Below, piece after piece: positions 48,321 to 58,127 of a stretch of 64,000 bases of DNA. The notes under the pieces were generated by a model. It was not told where the DNA came from. It saw nothing but the letters and a program-made list of their open reading frames with translations, and did not search any database. Numbering within the stretch: position 1 is the stretch's first letter; the number at the start of each line of letters is the position of its first letter. The translations under genes and the position numbers were made by a program. The stretch comes from a virus (Duplodnaviria > Caudoviricetes). The stretch is taken from positions 47,750 to 111,749 of the IMG/VR virus record IMGVR_UViG_3300032280_000800; one strand, 5' to 3'.

Positions 48321-49223
48321 TCAAGCACTAGCTGTTGACGACTGATCAACAATACCAGGTGTTGAAACAGGTTCCTTGGGGGTTGTTGCTGACGCCGGTT
48401 GATCAACGGTTGATGTATCATTCTTTGGTTTTTCCAATACAACAGGTTTGCCTTCGTCGTCAGTAAATGGACTGAAATCTACAATATAATCTCCCTTTTC
48501 ATCAACCAAATTTCCATCCCGATCAACAAATTTACCTTCCTCATTAACATATCTTCCGTTTTCGTCTACGAGTCTACCGTCCTCGTCTACTAATTTACCA
48601 CCATTATTAACATATCTCAAATCATCATTAATAAACTTATAATCCAATAAAAACTTATTTTCTGGTAGTTTTTTCTCAAAATCTGAATCCAATCCATATA
48701 ACATTGATGCTAATTTTTGTGCACCAAGTATACCAACAGGATCCGAGGACCTATTCAAATAATCTTCATAATTACTAAAATAAGACTTCTTATTATCATT
48801 ATACACCACACAACATGAAACTAGATAGTTAAATCTAGCATTATCGGCTTGACCCTCTGCTGTATGGGTATCTAGGTTAGTCTTAACAGAAATAAGGTCT
48901 CTGAGTTCGTCTCTGACCCTTTTCATTGATATGGCTATGTTTTTAGCTTCCTTCAAAGAAATACCTCCAACAGCTAATTTCTTTTCGCTATCATTTAATT
49001 CTTTTTGAATGGCCAAAAATCTAGCCTGTTTGGAGTCGTCCCATAGTCCTTGTTCTGTTAGTAGATCGTCTAATTTTGCTCTAACTATAGATCCAGATTT
49101 AACAGCATCTGAGAAAGCTTGGTTGTATATTTTTTGTCCTTCTCTTTGATTCTGTAGGTTAGGCATTTTTACTAGGAATGTTGTTTCTTTGTCCTCTATC
49201 TTTATCTTAAAAGTTTCACTCAT
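48321..49223 (-). CDS. putative tail assembly chaperone
   Basis: 300 aa immediately upstream of the TMP; helical N-part plus heptad (V-D-x-x-G-x-h) repeats. Synteny. Confidence 0.55.
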   Translation of the reverse strand: MSETFKIKIEDKETTFLVKMPNLQNQREGQKIYNQAFSDAVKSGSIVRAKLDDLLTEQGLWDDSKQARFLAIQKELNDSEKKLAVGGISLKEAKNIAISMKRVRDELRDLISVKTNLDTHTAEGQADNARFNYLVSCCVVYNDNKKSYFSNYEDYLNRSSDPVGILGAQKLASMLYGLDSDFEKKLPENKFLLDYKFINDDLRYVNNGGKLVDEDGRLVDENGRYVNEEGKFVDRDGNLVDEKGDYIVDFSPFTDDEGKPVVLEKPKNDTSTVDQPASATTPKEPVSTPGIVDQSSTASA

Positions 49224-49531
49224 CGGTTATTCTCCTTGTTATGATTATAAAATACTTGTAGTCTATATTTCTCAACATTATTTAAATACATATTCAATTC
49301 TTCTAGTCCTTGACGGATTTGATTATTTCCATGGTCCAAAAGATCGTGTCTGAGATCTTCCCACTTGTCTCTAAAATAAGCTTCCTGATTATTGGACGGA
49401 TCATTATTATTATTCCATAAGTTACCAAATTCTGTTTCAAATCTAGATAATGCTCCTATCATAATAGTTTTAAATCTAGTTTCAATTTGTTCTATAATTT
49501 CACGCCTACTATTATATTGATTGTGCTTCAT
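49220..49531 (-). CDS. hypothetical protein
   Basis: 103-aa helical ORF overlapping the downstream gene by ATGA. Confidence 0.65.
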   Translation of the reverse strand: MKHNQYNSRREIIEQIETRFKTIMIGALSRFETEFGNLWNNNNDPSNNQEAYFRDKWEDLRHDLLDHGNNQIRQGLEELNMYLNNVEKYRLQVFYNHNKENNR

Positions 49532-49534
49532 AAA

Positions 49535-50584
49535 CTATTTTCCTTTTGGTAGAGACGTTTGACTTTTTTGTTTAAGTTTATTTTGTAGTTCCATTTTAAC
49601 GTGTGGTAAATCAGCCCATTGTATCGGCTTATCGCTAGTTTGAGATAATGTTTTCATATGATTAATAGCAGCCATAGCTTCTGGATCATTTAAACTATAT
49701 ACCTCTTTAGCTTCCTCAATTGAATTAGTCACAATAAAAATCTCATTAGCATTTTTATACTTTCCGCCAACACTATCCATTAATTTTGTTTTCTTACGTT
49801 CTTTTTCAACTTTTCTTTTATGAAATAACATCCATCCGTCCAATGCGTCATCGTCTGCGGTAACATCATCATCTGGCGATTCTGGATGATCCCTAACAGA
49901 GTCGTACATCTTACTCAAATTAATTAATAGTCTTTGTTCATCGGTCCAATTATATGCTGGCAACGGAAAAACATTTTCTTTTGCAGCATCCCAGTATGAT
50001 TTCCATAAATCGTTCCTTGCAACAGCCCTTAAAGTATCCATTCCCATGGCAGATTTATTAATTGCTGTAACTATAGATTCAAAAAATAGAGTATCAGCCG
50101 AATCCCCAAAAGCTAAAATTTCATTATTATCATACACCGTTTTTAGGATAATATATTCATTTTTTAATCCTTCGGCATAATTTTCTAGTGTTAAATAATC
50201 CATAGAATTTTTAAGATTAGTTAATTCTTGTATTTTATTTTTACCAGTCTCTAAACTAGCCTTAATTTTCTTTTTCATTGTTGGATCAAGAAACTTAAGA
50301 TATAACTCGATCTTCATATCGTCTAGTCTATTATTTAATATTTTAAGCTGTTCCTCTTTTTCATTATTCCATATCTGATTATTTTGTAAAATATTTATAG
50401 TTTCAGATTTACGTAACCAATTGGAATCATCAAATTTATTTCCGCTAATGACAGATAAGTATAGGTCATGAGCTTGTTGTTTAATAGATAGGCTTGGAGA
50501 TACTATCTTATATGTAATATTATTAATATTTAGATAATAATATCCATTAATAATTCTATATACCAGTTCTTCTATATCCCGCAT
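49535..50584 (-). CDS. hypothetical protein, possible second tail assembly chaperone
   Basis: 349 aa between the tube genes and the TMP, with a YD.V..HPE.P...DDDALDGW motif. Confidence 0.5.
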   Translation of the reverse strand: MRDIEELVYRIINGYYYLNINNITYKIVSPSLSIKQQAHDLYLSVISGNKFDDSNWLRKSETINILQNNQIWNNEKEEQLKILNNRLDDMKIELYLKFLDPTMKKKIKASLETGKNKIQELTNLKNSMDYLTLENYAEGLKNEYIILKTVYDNNEILAFGDSADTLFFESIVTAINKSAMGMDTLRAVARNDLWKSYWDAAKENVFPLPAYNWTDEQRLLINLSKMYDSVRDHPESPDDDVTADDDALDGWMLFHKRKVEKERKKTKLMDSVGGKYKNANEIFIVTNSIEEAKEVYSLNDPEAMAAINHMKTLSQTSDKPIQWADLPHVKMELQNKLKQKSQTSLPKGK

Positions 50585-50618
50585 ACTTCCCTTAAAAATA
50601 TCCTAATAATTTTATCAA

Positions 50619-51476
50619 TCAACTAACTGTTAAATTATTATATGTTGTATATGTAAAATTAATTGTGGCATTACCTCCACTAGTATCTCCACCGCCATAT
50701 GTAACATTACTTAATTTGCATTTTTCCATCAAAAATGTTTTACCACAAATATTCAATGAAATATTTTGTTCATCAAATGCTCCTCCAGATGGACTAACGC
50801 AAGCTCCCGCAGTACTTATGGCTATCGCATCAACTGTTGTTGCGCTAACCTCGAATTCAACAGTTACTTCTGCTGGTAAATTTGCATAATTATGATAAGA
50901 TTGCCATTGACCCAATTTAAATAAATTTTCTCTACCAACAGATGTACTAATTGTAATATTTGTTAAGTTTCCAGCATTAGTAACCAAGGCTGGAGCACCA
51001 CTAGAATAATGTTGTCTCATTTTTGCTTTAGATGTTGTATCTTCAGACATAGTAATACTACATCCACCCAAACTTTTGTTCTGAGCAACAAATGTTGCTT
51101 CTTCTGTAAACATGCCATCTACAGGAAATGTATATGTGACACCACTCAGGCCAACTCCAGTACAATAAATAGAGGCACTACTAGACAGTAGTGGAGAAGC
51201 ATCATCTCCTATAGCGATACACAAGGTTTTATTTGCTGAACCAACATTAGTGATAAAATCACCACTCCACATAGTTTGGTTTTGATCAGTAAGAACCCTA
51301 CTAACTGTAATTTCTACGTTAGGATTTATCGTTAGAATATCTACTGGTTTAACTTGTCCTAATTGAAAAACCGGCTCTAGGTCAAAACTAGTAGTAATAC
51401 CAACACTTTGAGCACCATTAACTGCGGCTCCATCTATTGCTACAGCTTGACAGGCATAAAAAATTCTATTAGGCAT
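50619..51476 (-). CDS. tail tube (major tail) protein paralog 2
   Basis: MPNRIFYA...GAQSVGITT.F.LE..FQLGQ...YGGGDTSGGNATI; clear paralog of 51580-52473; synteny. Confidence 0.7.
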   Translation of the reverse strand: MPNRIFYACQAVAIDGAAVNGAQSVGITTSFDLEPVFQLGQVKPVDILTINPNVEITVSRVLTDQNQTMWSGDFITNVGSANKTLCIAIGDDASPLLSSSASIYCTGVGLSGVTYTFPVDGMFTEEATFVAQNKSLGGCSITMSEDTTSKAKMRQHYSSGAPALVTNAGNLTNITISTSVGRENLFKLGQWQSYHNYANLPAEVTVEFEVSATTVDAIAISTAGACVSPSGGAFDEQNISLNICGKTFLMEKCKLSNVTYGGGDTSGGNATINFTYTTYNNLTVS

Positions 51477-51533
51477 CTATGGTACTCCTGCTCCTACAAA
51501 TTTTATAAAATATAATACTATTATAGTAAGTAT

Positions 51534-51553
51534 GGAGGGGATTTCTCCCCTCC
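51534..51553 (-). promoter_or_regulatory. GC-rich stem-loop between the two tube genes
   Basis: Minus strand GGAGGGGA-GAAA-TCCCCTCC with no strong U-tract. Confidence 0.6.
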
Positions 51554-51579
51554 TTACTCATGTTCCCAATAAGCAGATA

Positions 51580-52473
51580 TCAGCCAGTGATATCTAGTTC
51601 ATTATACGTACTATATGAATACGTAATAGTAGCATTACCACCACCTGTATCGCCACCACTATAGTTAACACTGGTAAGCTTGCACTTAGTACCAAGATCA
51701 AAACCATAAATATTACTGCCAGCTCCGTCGCACACCTGGATATCAATGGTTCTATCATTAGAAGCTAAACCACTACAAGCTGTGCTTGGAATATCTACAG
51801 CAACACCGTCAAGATCGGTAGCACTAACTTCAAACTCGCATGTTACTTCAAGTGGGAAGTTTACAAAACGATGAAATGGGGCTAGACTACCAAGCTTATA
51901 CATTGTTTCTCTTCCAAGATCGGCACTAATAGTAATACTAGTAATATTCTTATTTTGTACTTCTTCTGGAATACTGGAAGCAGCAATATTGACGTTTTGT
52001 CTACGAAGTACACTATTGGATGTTTGAACTGGAGCGCTGACGCTACCGCTTAATGCTTTGGCATTACCAATAAATGTAATTTCTTCTGTGAGATTGCCGT
52101 CAACAGGGAATGTATAATTGACTGACGAAACATACATACCTGTGCAAGTAACAGCACTACTACTACTAAGTGTACTAGCAGTATCACTACCTATACCAAT
52201 TACTACTGTTGTGCTGTCATTGGCATTATCGATAAGACTTGTACCGCTGGTACCAGCAAGACTCCAAATTGAATCTTCTCCGTCTAAAACCTTAGATACT
52301 GTGATCTCTACCTCTGGATCTAGAGAGATGTTGTCATAAAGAGCGAGCTGACCTAATTGAAAAGCTTGCTCTAGATTAAAATTTGTTGTGATTCCGACAC
52401 TTTGGGCGCCGTGAACCGTCGTGCCCCCAACGCTAACGCCCTGGGAAGCATAAAATACTCTATTATTTGGCAT
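51580..52473 (-). CDS. tail tube (major tail) protein paralog 1
   Basis: MPNNRVFYA...GAQSVGITTNFNLEQAFQLGQ...YSGGDTGGGNATITY; SD GGAG; follows the tail-terminator-like gene. Confidence 0.72.
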   Translation of the reverse strand: MPNNRVFYASQGVSVGGTTVHGAQSVGITTNFNLEQAFQLGQLALYDNISLDPEVEITVSKVLDGEDSIWSLAGTSGTSLIDNANDSTTVVIGIGSDTASTLSSSSAVTCTGMYVSSVNYTFPVDGNLTEEITFIGNAKALSGSVSAPVQTSNSVLRRQNVNIAASSIPEEVQNKNITSITISADLGRETMYKLGSLAPFHRFVNFPLEVTCEFEVSATDLDGVAVDIPSTACSGLASNDRTIDIQVCDGAGSNIYGFDLGTKCKLTSVNYSGGDTGGGNATITYSYSTYNELDITG

Positions 52474-52542
52474 AATAAGATCTCCGTTAATTATAAAACT
52501 GTGGGAACACTATTGTTTGTATACACCAAATGTTTAAAACTA

Positions 52543-53487
52543 TCATATAGAGCTGAATATAATTTCAGCCGTTAATCTAATTTTAATCTCTTGGAAATAG
52601 TATCTAGATTCAACTTCAGAAATACTAAAATTTTGCAAATGACATGTTTTCCAACGATAAGAATTATTATTGACAATTTGACCATAATTTAATCTATTAC
52701 TATTTAATGAGCCATCAAAATTAAATGGCATAACATTAGCGCTAATAATAGAATTAGTGTCATATAACCAAATAACCTTATCTTCCTGAAGTCTGATTAT
52801 ATCTGCTATAGAATTACGATTACTAATATCTGAAGATACTATATGTAGAATCATATCCTGAAATGTTCTGAGTGACTTGTCTCCTAATTGGTATGGTTTA
52901 GACTGGCTTCTTGGTATAGTCTGGATAATAATAGAAGGTAGCTGTACTCTATTTTGGGCAAAAAGTGAGTAGTCTCCAGTATTAGCGTCAAATTGTGCTG
53001 TGTCATTAGCCATGTCTAGTTCAAATTGTTTCCACCATACAGAAGCATCGTGAGCTTTGTGAATTTGTACTAATCTATAAGCGTAATCCATTGTAACAAT
53101 ACTGTCTATAGATATAGAGTTATTAAATATTACTCTACTATTAATATAGTCTAAGATATAATCATTACTATTAATAGTATTGCCATTAACTTTAACCGAT
53201 GTAATCATAGTTGGTGAGGATGAACCAAATACTATTCCTGTCTCCCATACCCAATTATGGTGCCTAGTTTGCCACACCTGACCATCAGTATAGTTTGGGT
53301 CAATAACTATACCAAGTTTGTTAGGATTATTGCTATAGTCCGTAGCAGAAGAATTAACATTGATAAATCCTCCGATATTTAAAAATCCCCAATCTAAAAA
53401 AGAATGTATATTATTTTCTAAATTTGAAATTAATAGATAATCATTAATAGACTCAACGCCTGTAAATTTTTCATTATCATGTGTCAT
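52543..53487 (-). CDS. tail terminator/completion-like virion protein
   Basis: 314 aa, RVQLPSIII..PYQLG motif, directly upstream of the tube genes. Confidence 0.5.
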   Translation of the reverse strand: MTHDNEKFTGVESINDYLLISNLENNIHSFLDWGFLNIGGFINVNSSATDYSNNPNKLGIVIDPNYTDGQVWQTRHHNWVWETGIVFGSSSPTMITSVKVNGNTINSNDYILDYINSRVIFNNSISIDSIVTMDYAYRLVQIHKAHDASVWWKQFELDMANDTAQFDANTGDYSLFAQNRVQLPSIIIQTIPRSQSKPYQLGDKSLRTFQDMILHIVSSDISNRNSIADIIRLQEDKVIWLYDTNSIISANVMPFNFDGSLNSNRLNYGQIVNNNSYRWKTCHLQNFSISEVESRYYFQEIKIRLTAEIIFSSI

Positions 53488-54143
53488 AATCCACCCTTGA
53501 GACTATTATTGAGTAATTCTACTACATCATTATTTACACTATCAATAGCTCTTGTTATCCAGTTATTATTTTTAGTACCAGCAAATTCAGCTGGTACACT
53601 CCATCTACCACTAGTTTGACCAACCATAACAGCATTACCCGTACGAGATCTAGGGTTTGGACCAATTTGAACAACATATTCTTTGATAATAGTTTTATCT
53701 CCAAACAATAATAACCATTTTAACCACTCCAATTGAGAACCCTTCTCTGTTACTAAAACTGCTGATGATAAAGATAATAAATTACTATAATCAGATGGTA
53801 ACATATTAAGATCAAAGGAGCCTATAATTGTATTTTTACTAATTTGAGGTTTATTATATTTAACTGTTATATTTTGTTGTATAGCGGTTAGTATCTGTGA
53901 AAGTCTCGATACTGAGTCCGGTAAACCAAATTCATATTGTAGTTTACCAGATTGTAATGACTGATATTCAGGAGATGCGATTATTGCTTGTGATATAATA
54001 CTATTAATATTATTTTTACATTGATCAAAAACTTTTTGGAAATATATATTAACCTCAGGCAAAAGAGCCCTAAGTATTTTATTTGTAATTTGATCAGTAG
54101 ATTCTATAATATCTATACTTATATTCATTAGGGTCTTGCCCAA
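53484..54143 (-). CDS. neck/tail-completion protein
   Basis: 219 aa, SRTG.A.M...W.VP..FAGT..NNWITRA; synteny. Confidence 0.5.
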   Translation of the reverse strand: MGKTLMNISIDIIESTDQITNKILRALLPEVNIYFQKVFDQCKNNINSIISQAIIASPEYQSLQSGKLQYEFGLPDSVSRLSQILTAIQQNITVKYNKPQISKNTIIGSFDLNMLPSDYSNLLSLSSAVLVTEKGSQLEWLKWLLLFGDKTIIKEYVVQIGPNPRSRTGNAVMVGQTSGRWSVPAEFAGTKNNNWITRAIDSVNNDVVELLNNSLKGGL

Positions 54144-54631
54144 TTAGTAAAAATATATCTATTATCTCCCAATCCTATGGGTTGTGGTTCATTTTTCCGC
54201 ACATAAATATTATTACTAAGGCTTGCTATGTCGCTATTAAAAATAATTTTAGAACATTGACGAAGTTTAGTTAAATAATCTATGCTACAAATTGTCTGAA
54301 CTGCAATATCTGGAATATTTACTTGTCCAATAAAATTTTTAGAATTAATAATAATAGCTAAATACAGTTCTTCTTCTATCATAGAATTACTAGTTGTACC
54401 AACTCCTAAGCAATAAGGACATGTTTGACCATTAGCAAAATTAATAGGACCACCAGATTTATATCTATTAGATGATTTTTTACTAATACTATCATAAATA
54501 CAATTAGGGCACTGTTGTAATTTTGTAGACTCAAATATGAGTTTACATGGGGTGGTTAGTCCGGTACTAGCTAATAGAGCATCTATAGCATCATTATAAA
54601 TAGCTTTGAATGGAGTTAAGTCTAAATTCAT
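54128..54631 (-). CDS. head-closure-like protein with zinc-finger insertion
   Basis: CPNC...CPYCLGVG, EPQPIGLG; synteny. Confidence 0.5.
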   Translation of the reverse strand: MNLDLTPFKAIYNDAIDALLASTGLTTPCKLIFESTKLQQCPNCIYDSISKKSSNRYKSGGPINFANGQTCPYCLGVGTTSNSMIEEELYLAIIINSKNFIGQVNIPDIAVQTICSIDYLTKLRQCSKIIFNSDIASLSNNIYVRKNEPQPIGLGDNRYIFTNWARP

Positions 54632-55158
54632 GAATAAAATCCGTCTCTTGTGCTTCTGGCGGGTAGGTCTGAGGACTGTAAATATCTTGGATCAAATTGA
54701 TTTCCTGCAAACGGACTAAGAATTGCTCTAACGGCAGTAGCCTCTCGAACGTCCCAATGAGATACAAGCTCGTCATAAGCAGCACATGGGCCTTTTTCTA
54801 GAATCAAATCAAAACCAGCAAGACTGCCACCAATAGATAATTGGGCTGGGCCTAAAGCTGCTCTTATTCCTTCTAACGCTGCCTTGGCCCTAAGAACGCT
54901 TTGATCAATAATACAGGCGGCTTTGAGACCTGTTAAGCTAATAAAAATACTATCATTATTCGCTGTGGGATCTGGCGATATATTCAAATTAACAACATCA
55001 ATTATGTAATTATTTTCTAAAGATACATCAAACTGAACAAATTTAGCAGCTACTGCTATGACTTGCAAAAGTCTTTCGTCCGAATAGGTTTGATTATTTT
55101 GATCCAAGTCATTAATAAGAGTTCTTACAATAATGGGTATTTCTGCTTGCCAGCTCAT
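54628..55158 (-). CDS. head-tail adaptor-like protein
   Basis: VRTLINDLD...YSDERL pattern typical of adaptor N-termini; synteny. Confidence 0.55.
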   Translation of the reverse strand: MSWQAEIPIIVRTLINDLDQNNQTYSDERLLQVIAVAAKFVQFDVSLENNYIIDVVNLNISPDPTANNDSIFISLTGLKAACIIDQSVLRAKAALEGIRAALGPAQLSIGGSLAGFDLILEKGPCAAYDELVSHWDVREATAVRAILSPFAGNQFDPRYLQSSDLPARSTRDGFYS

Positions 55159-55267
55159 ATTTTGATCCCTTTAAATTATGTAGAAATATCTAATACTTTA
55201 ATACACCTTATAGTGACTGGTATAGAGTTTTAAATTAAGTGGCTAATATATTTTTAAGAAAAATTGA

Positions 55268-55296
55268 TTGACTATATAAAAAATTTGACCTATAAT
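55268..55296 (+). promoter_or_regulatory. sigma70-type promoter
   Basis: TTGACT (55268-55273), 17 nt, TATAAT (55291-55296), upstream of 55327. Confidence 0.75.
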
Positions 55297-55326
55297 AAAT
55301 AAATCTCACAACTAAAGGTGCAATAA

Positions 55327-56310
55327 ATGCTTTGTAAACTTGCTTTAGAAAATCATGGATTTGTATATCCTATGATTGTTCCATTATCAAATAATCTTGG
55401 GCCATCTTTAAGCAATCCAACTATTTTGATTTCTAAAAATAATGAAATCCTTATTAATCTTAGAAATTTAAATTATGTTCTTTATCATAGCGAAAGCGGA
55501 TTGTTTGAACATAGCTGGGGGCCATTGTGTTATTTGCACGAAGAAAATAATCAAAGATTAGTTACAAATAATATATTGTGTAAATTAAATAATAACTTTC
55601 AAATTATTTCTCATAATATTATTGATACAACATTTTTAGATGAGGACCCTATATGGGAATTTGTTGGTCTAGAAGACGGCAGATTAGTAGAGTGGGGCGA
55701 TAAGCTATTCTTAAGTGGAGTAAGAAGAGACACCACAACCAACGGGGTTGGAAGAATGGAGCTGTCTGAAATAGTCTATAAAAAAGATAAAGTCATAGAA
55801 AAAAGCAGATTTAGGATTCCTGCTCCAGGACAAGATGATAGTTATTGTGAAAAAAACTGGATGCCAATTTTAGATAAACCATATACATATATAAAGTGGA
55901 CAAATCCTACAGAAGTTGTCGAAGTTGATCCTTTGACCAAAACTTGTAAAACTATAATACTTACAGAATATAAATCATTAGGTATAAATTATGACTTAAG
56001 GGGCGGATCTCAAGTTATACCATTTAACGGATATTATTTAGCAGTGGTTCATGAGGTGGATTTGTATAAATCTGAAGCGGGTAAGAAGAACGCTAATTAT
56101 AGACACAGATTTGTCGTATGGAACAAAAATTTAGAATTAATAGAGGCCTCTGAATCTTTTGGGTTTATGGGAGCCAAAATAGAATTTTGTTGTGGTCTAG
56201 CGGAATTTGAGGATAAGCTATTGATAACATTTGGATTTCAAGATAATGCGGCATATATTTTGGGTATGCCAAAAACTTTATTAGGAAAATTTTTAAAAAC
56301 ATATGAATAA
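55327..56310 (+). CDS. five-bladed beta-propeller glycoside hydrolase/phosphorylase-like protein (GH130/GH43-like)
   Basis: NPTI, GLEDGRL, EKNWMP, LRGGS, YRHRF, IEFCCGL, FGFQD blade motifs. Confidence 0.7.
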   Translation: MLCKLALENHGFVYPMIVPLSNNLGPSLSNPTILISKNNEILINLRNLNYVLYHSESGLFEHSWGPLCYLHEENNQRLVTNNILCKLNNNFQIISHNIIDTTFLDEDPIWEFVGLEDGRLVEWGDKLFLSGVRRDTTTNGVGRMELSEIVYKKDKVIEKSRFRIPAPGQDDSYCEKNWMPILDKPYTYIKWTNPTEVVEVDPLTKTCKTIILTEYKSLGINYDLRGGSQVIPFNGYYLAVVHEVDLYKSEAGKKNANYRHRFVVWNKNLELIEASESFGFMGAKIEFCCGLAEFEDKLLITFGFQDNAAYILGMPKTLLGKFLKTYE

Positions 56311-57544
56311 AGAACTAATAGACTATATACAGAATACCAACGATATAAACGCATTTAATTTAGCATCATGGTATGAGAATCAAAATCACTTATCTCCTGC
56401 TTGCAGTTATTACTTACAGTGTGCAGAATCAACAAAAAATGAATCTTTAGCGTATGAATGTTTATTAAGACTATATTTATGTTACAAACAACTCTGTAAT
56501 AGAGATTATACTTGTGAAAATTTATTAAAAAGTGCAATTAATTTATGTCCCAAAAAACCAGAAGCTTATTTTCTATTGAGTCAATTCTATGAATATAAAA
56601 ATAACTGGCTTGACTCTTATTTGTATGCTTCTTTAGGGTTGTCATTACCGAATAGAGATCCATCCGGATTGAGTAAAAATTATGGATACGAATCAGAATA
56701 TATGCTGATCTTTCAAAAAGCTGTAAGCTCTTGGTGGTATGGCAGACCAAAAGAATCCAGAAAATTATTCCGAAAATTAAAAAATGAGTATATAGAAACA
56801 ATTAATTCAGAATACTATAAACTAATAGAAAACAATCTTATGAGCTTGGGGGCCGGGCCAGATTCAGAAACTTCGATCAGATATAATATATCTAGCGACA
56901 GTTTAAGGTTTGATTTCAATGGTTCTGATACAATACAGAAAAATTTTTCCCAGGCTTGTCAGGATTTGTTCGTATTAGCAGCATTGAATGGCAAAAAGAA
57001 TGGAACATATTTGGAGATAGGGTCAGCACACTCATTCCACAATAGCAACACAGCATTATTAGAACAGCTTGGTTGGACTGGTATAGGGGTGGAAATGAAT
57101 AGAGAATTAGCTTCTATGCACGATAGAGAAAGAAAAAATAAAGTTCTTTGTGAAAACGCCCTTAGTCTAAATTATAGCAAATTACTAAGAGATAATTTTA
57201 ATAGTGATATTATTGATTATTTGCAGCTGGATATAGAACCTTCTCATAATACTTTTGAAGCTCTACTAATGATGCCATTTGATAAATATAAGTTTAGAGT
57301 AATAACCTATGAACATGATCATTATGTAGATATGAGCAATTCTTATAGAGAAAAAAGCAGAAGATATCTACAAAATATGGGATACACACTAGTATTTAAT
57401 GATATAGCTACAATAGACGGGTGTTCTTTCGAAGATTGGTGGGTAAAAGAAGAATTAATAGAACCATCAATATTAGAAAAATTATTATCTTATTCAAAAG
57501 AAGAAATAAATTTAGTAAATCATTTAATGATGGTTAGTCTGTAG
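56303..57544 (+). CDS. TPR-domain + FkbM-family methyltransferase
   Basis: Helical TPR-like N-half (PEAYFLLS); C-half SQACQD..YLEIGS..SNT..LE..GWTGIGVE, IDYLQLDIE, ITYEHD, FEDWW. Confidence 0.78.
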   Translation: MNKELIDYIQNTNDINAFNLASWYENQNHLSPACSYYLQCAESTKNESLAYECLLRLYLCYKQLCNRDYTCENLLKSAINLCPKKPEAYFLLSQFYEYKNNWLDSYLYASLGLSLPNRDPSGLSKNYGYESEYMLIFQKAVSSWWYGRPKESRKLFRKLKNEYIETINSEYYKLIENNLMSLGAGPDSETSIRYNISSDSLRFDFNGSDTIQKNFSQACQDLFVLAALNGKKNGTYLEIGSAHSFHNSNTALLEQLGWTGIGVEMNRELASMHDRERKNKVLCENALSLNYSKLLRDNFNSDIIDYLQLDIEPSHNTFEALLMMPFDKYKFRVITYEHDHYVDMSNSYREKSRRYLQNMGYTLVFNDIATIDGCSFEDWWVKEELIEPSILEKLLSYSKEEINLVNHLMMVSL

Positions 57545-58127
57545 TTAAATTAGCTGTTTTCCAGCTGTTTTCATCAACAACAAAACCAAACATAAATAGT
57601 GTTCGTGGATTATCTCCGTGACAAACTTCAACACTGTGGTAAAGTTCTGTTACTAAATAACACATCATATCACCTTCGTTTAGATCATAGGTCTTATCTT
57701 CAACATGAATTGCTCCACCGCTTTGTGCTTTGCTGGCTAGAATATTGCATCTCAAACCAACAACCCCTTCTCCGACACTCGGATCTTTGTGTTTATAAAC
57801 ATCACCATCATTGTATGTTATACTAACAACAACTCCATCTTTACCATGACCCTCAATAACTGGAGCTTCTGCTGTTAGTGGAACAGTTTGACGAATTCGA
57901 TCCTGCAAGGTCTTTACTAATTCTGGATAATTAATATTCTGACTCATACGATTAGTAAGTCTTTTCTTTGTTCGATCAAATTTTTTCTTATTCCAGTCTC
58001 CTGTGATTCCGTCAACAAACTGACCATCAACTACAGCTTGATTAGTCCAATCCTTAAGAACTTGAATTTCTTCTGGTGATAAGAAATTACGAACTAGTAA
58101 AACCTGGCCATCAAAATTGTTTGCCAT
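57534..58127 (-). CDS. 2OG-Fe(II) oxygenase
   Basis: HKD...GG...H.V...PR.LF facial-triad pattern. Confidence 0.82.
   Translation of the reverse strand: MANNFDGQVLLVRNFLSPEEIQVLKDWTNQAVVDGQFVDGITGDWNKKKFDRTKKRLTNRMSQNINYPELVKTLQDRIRQTVPLTAEAPVIEGHGKDGVVVSITYNDGDVYKHKDPSVGEGVVGLRCNILASKAQSGGAIHVEDKTYDLNEGDMMCYLVTELYHSVEVCHGDNPRTLFMFGFVVDENSWKTANLTTD

Noticed and set aside
48221-48442. 73-aa alternative-frame ORF overlapping the chaperone 3' end and reaching the TMP start, resembling a lambda G/GT frameshift extension
   Set aside because: It is in the +1 frame rather than -1, has no canonical XXXYYYZ heptamer (only G GAA AAA C), runs through a terminator-like hairpin, and the peptide looks non-coding.
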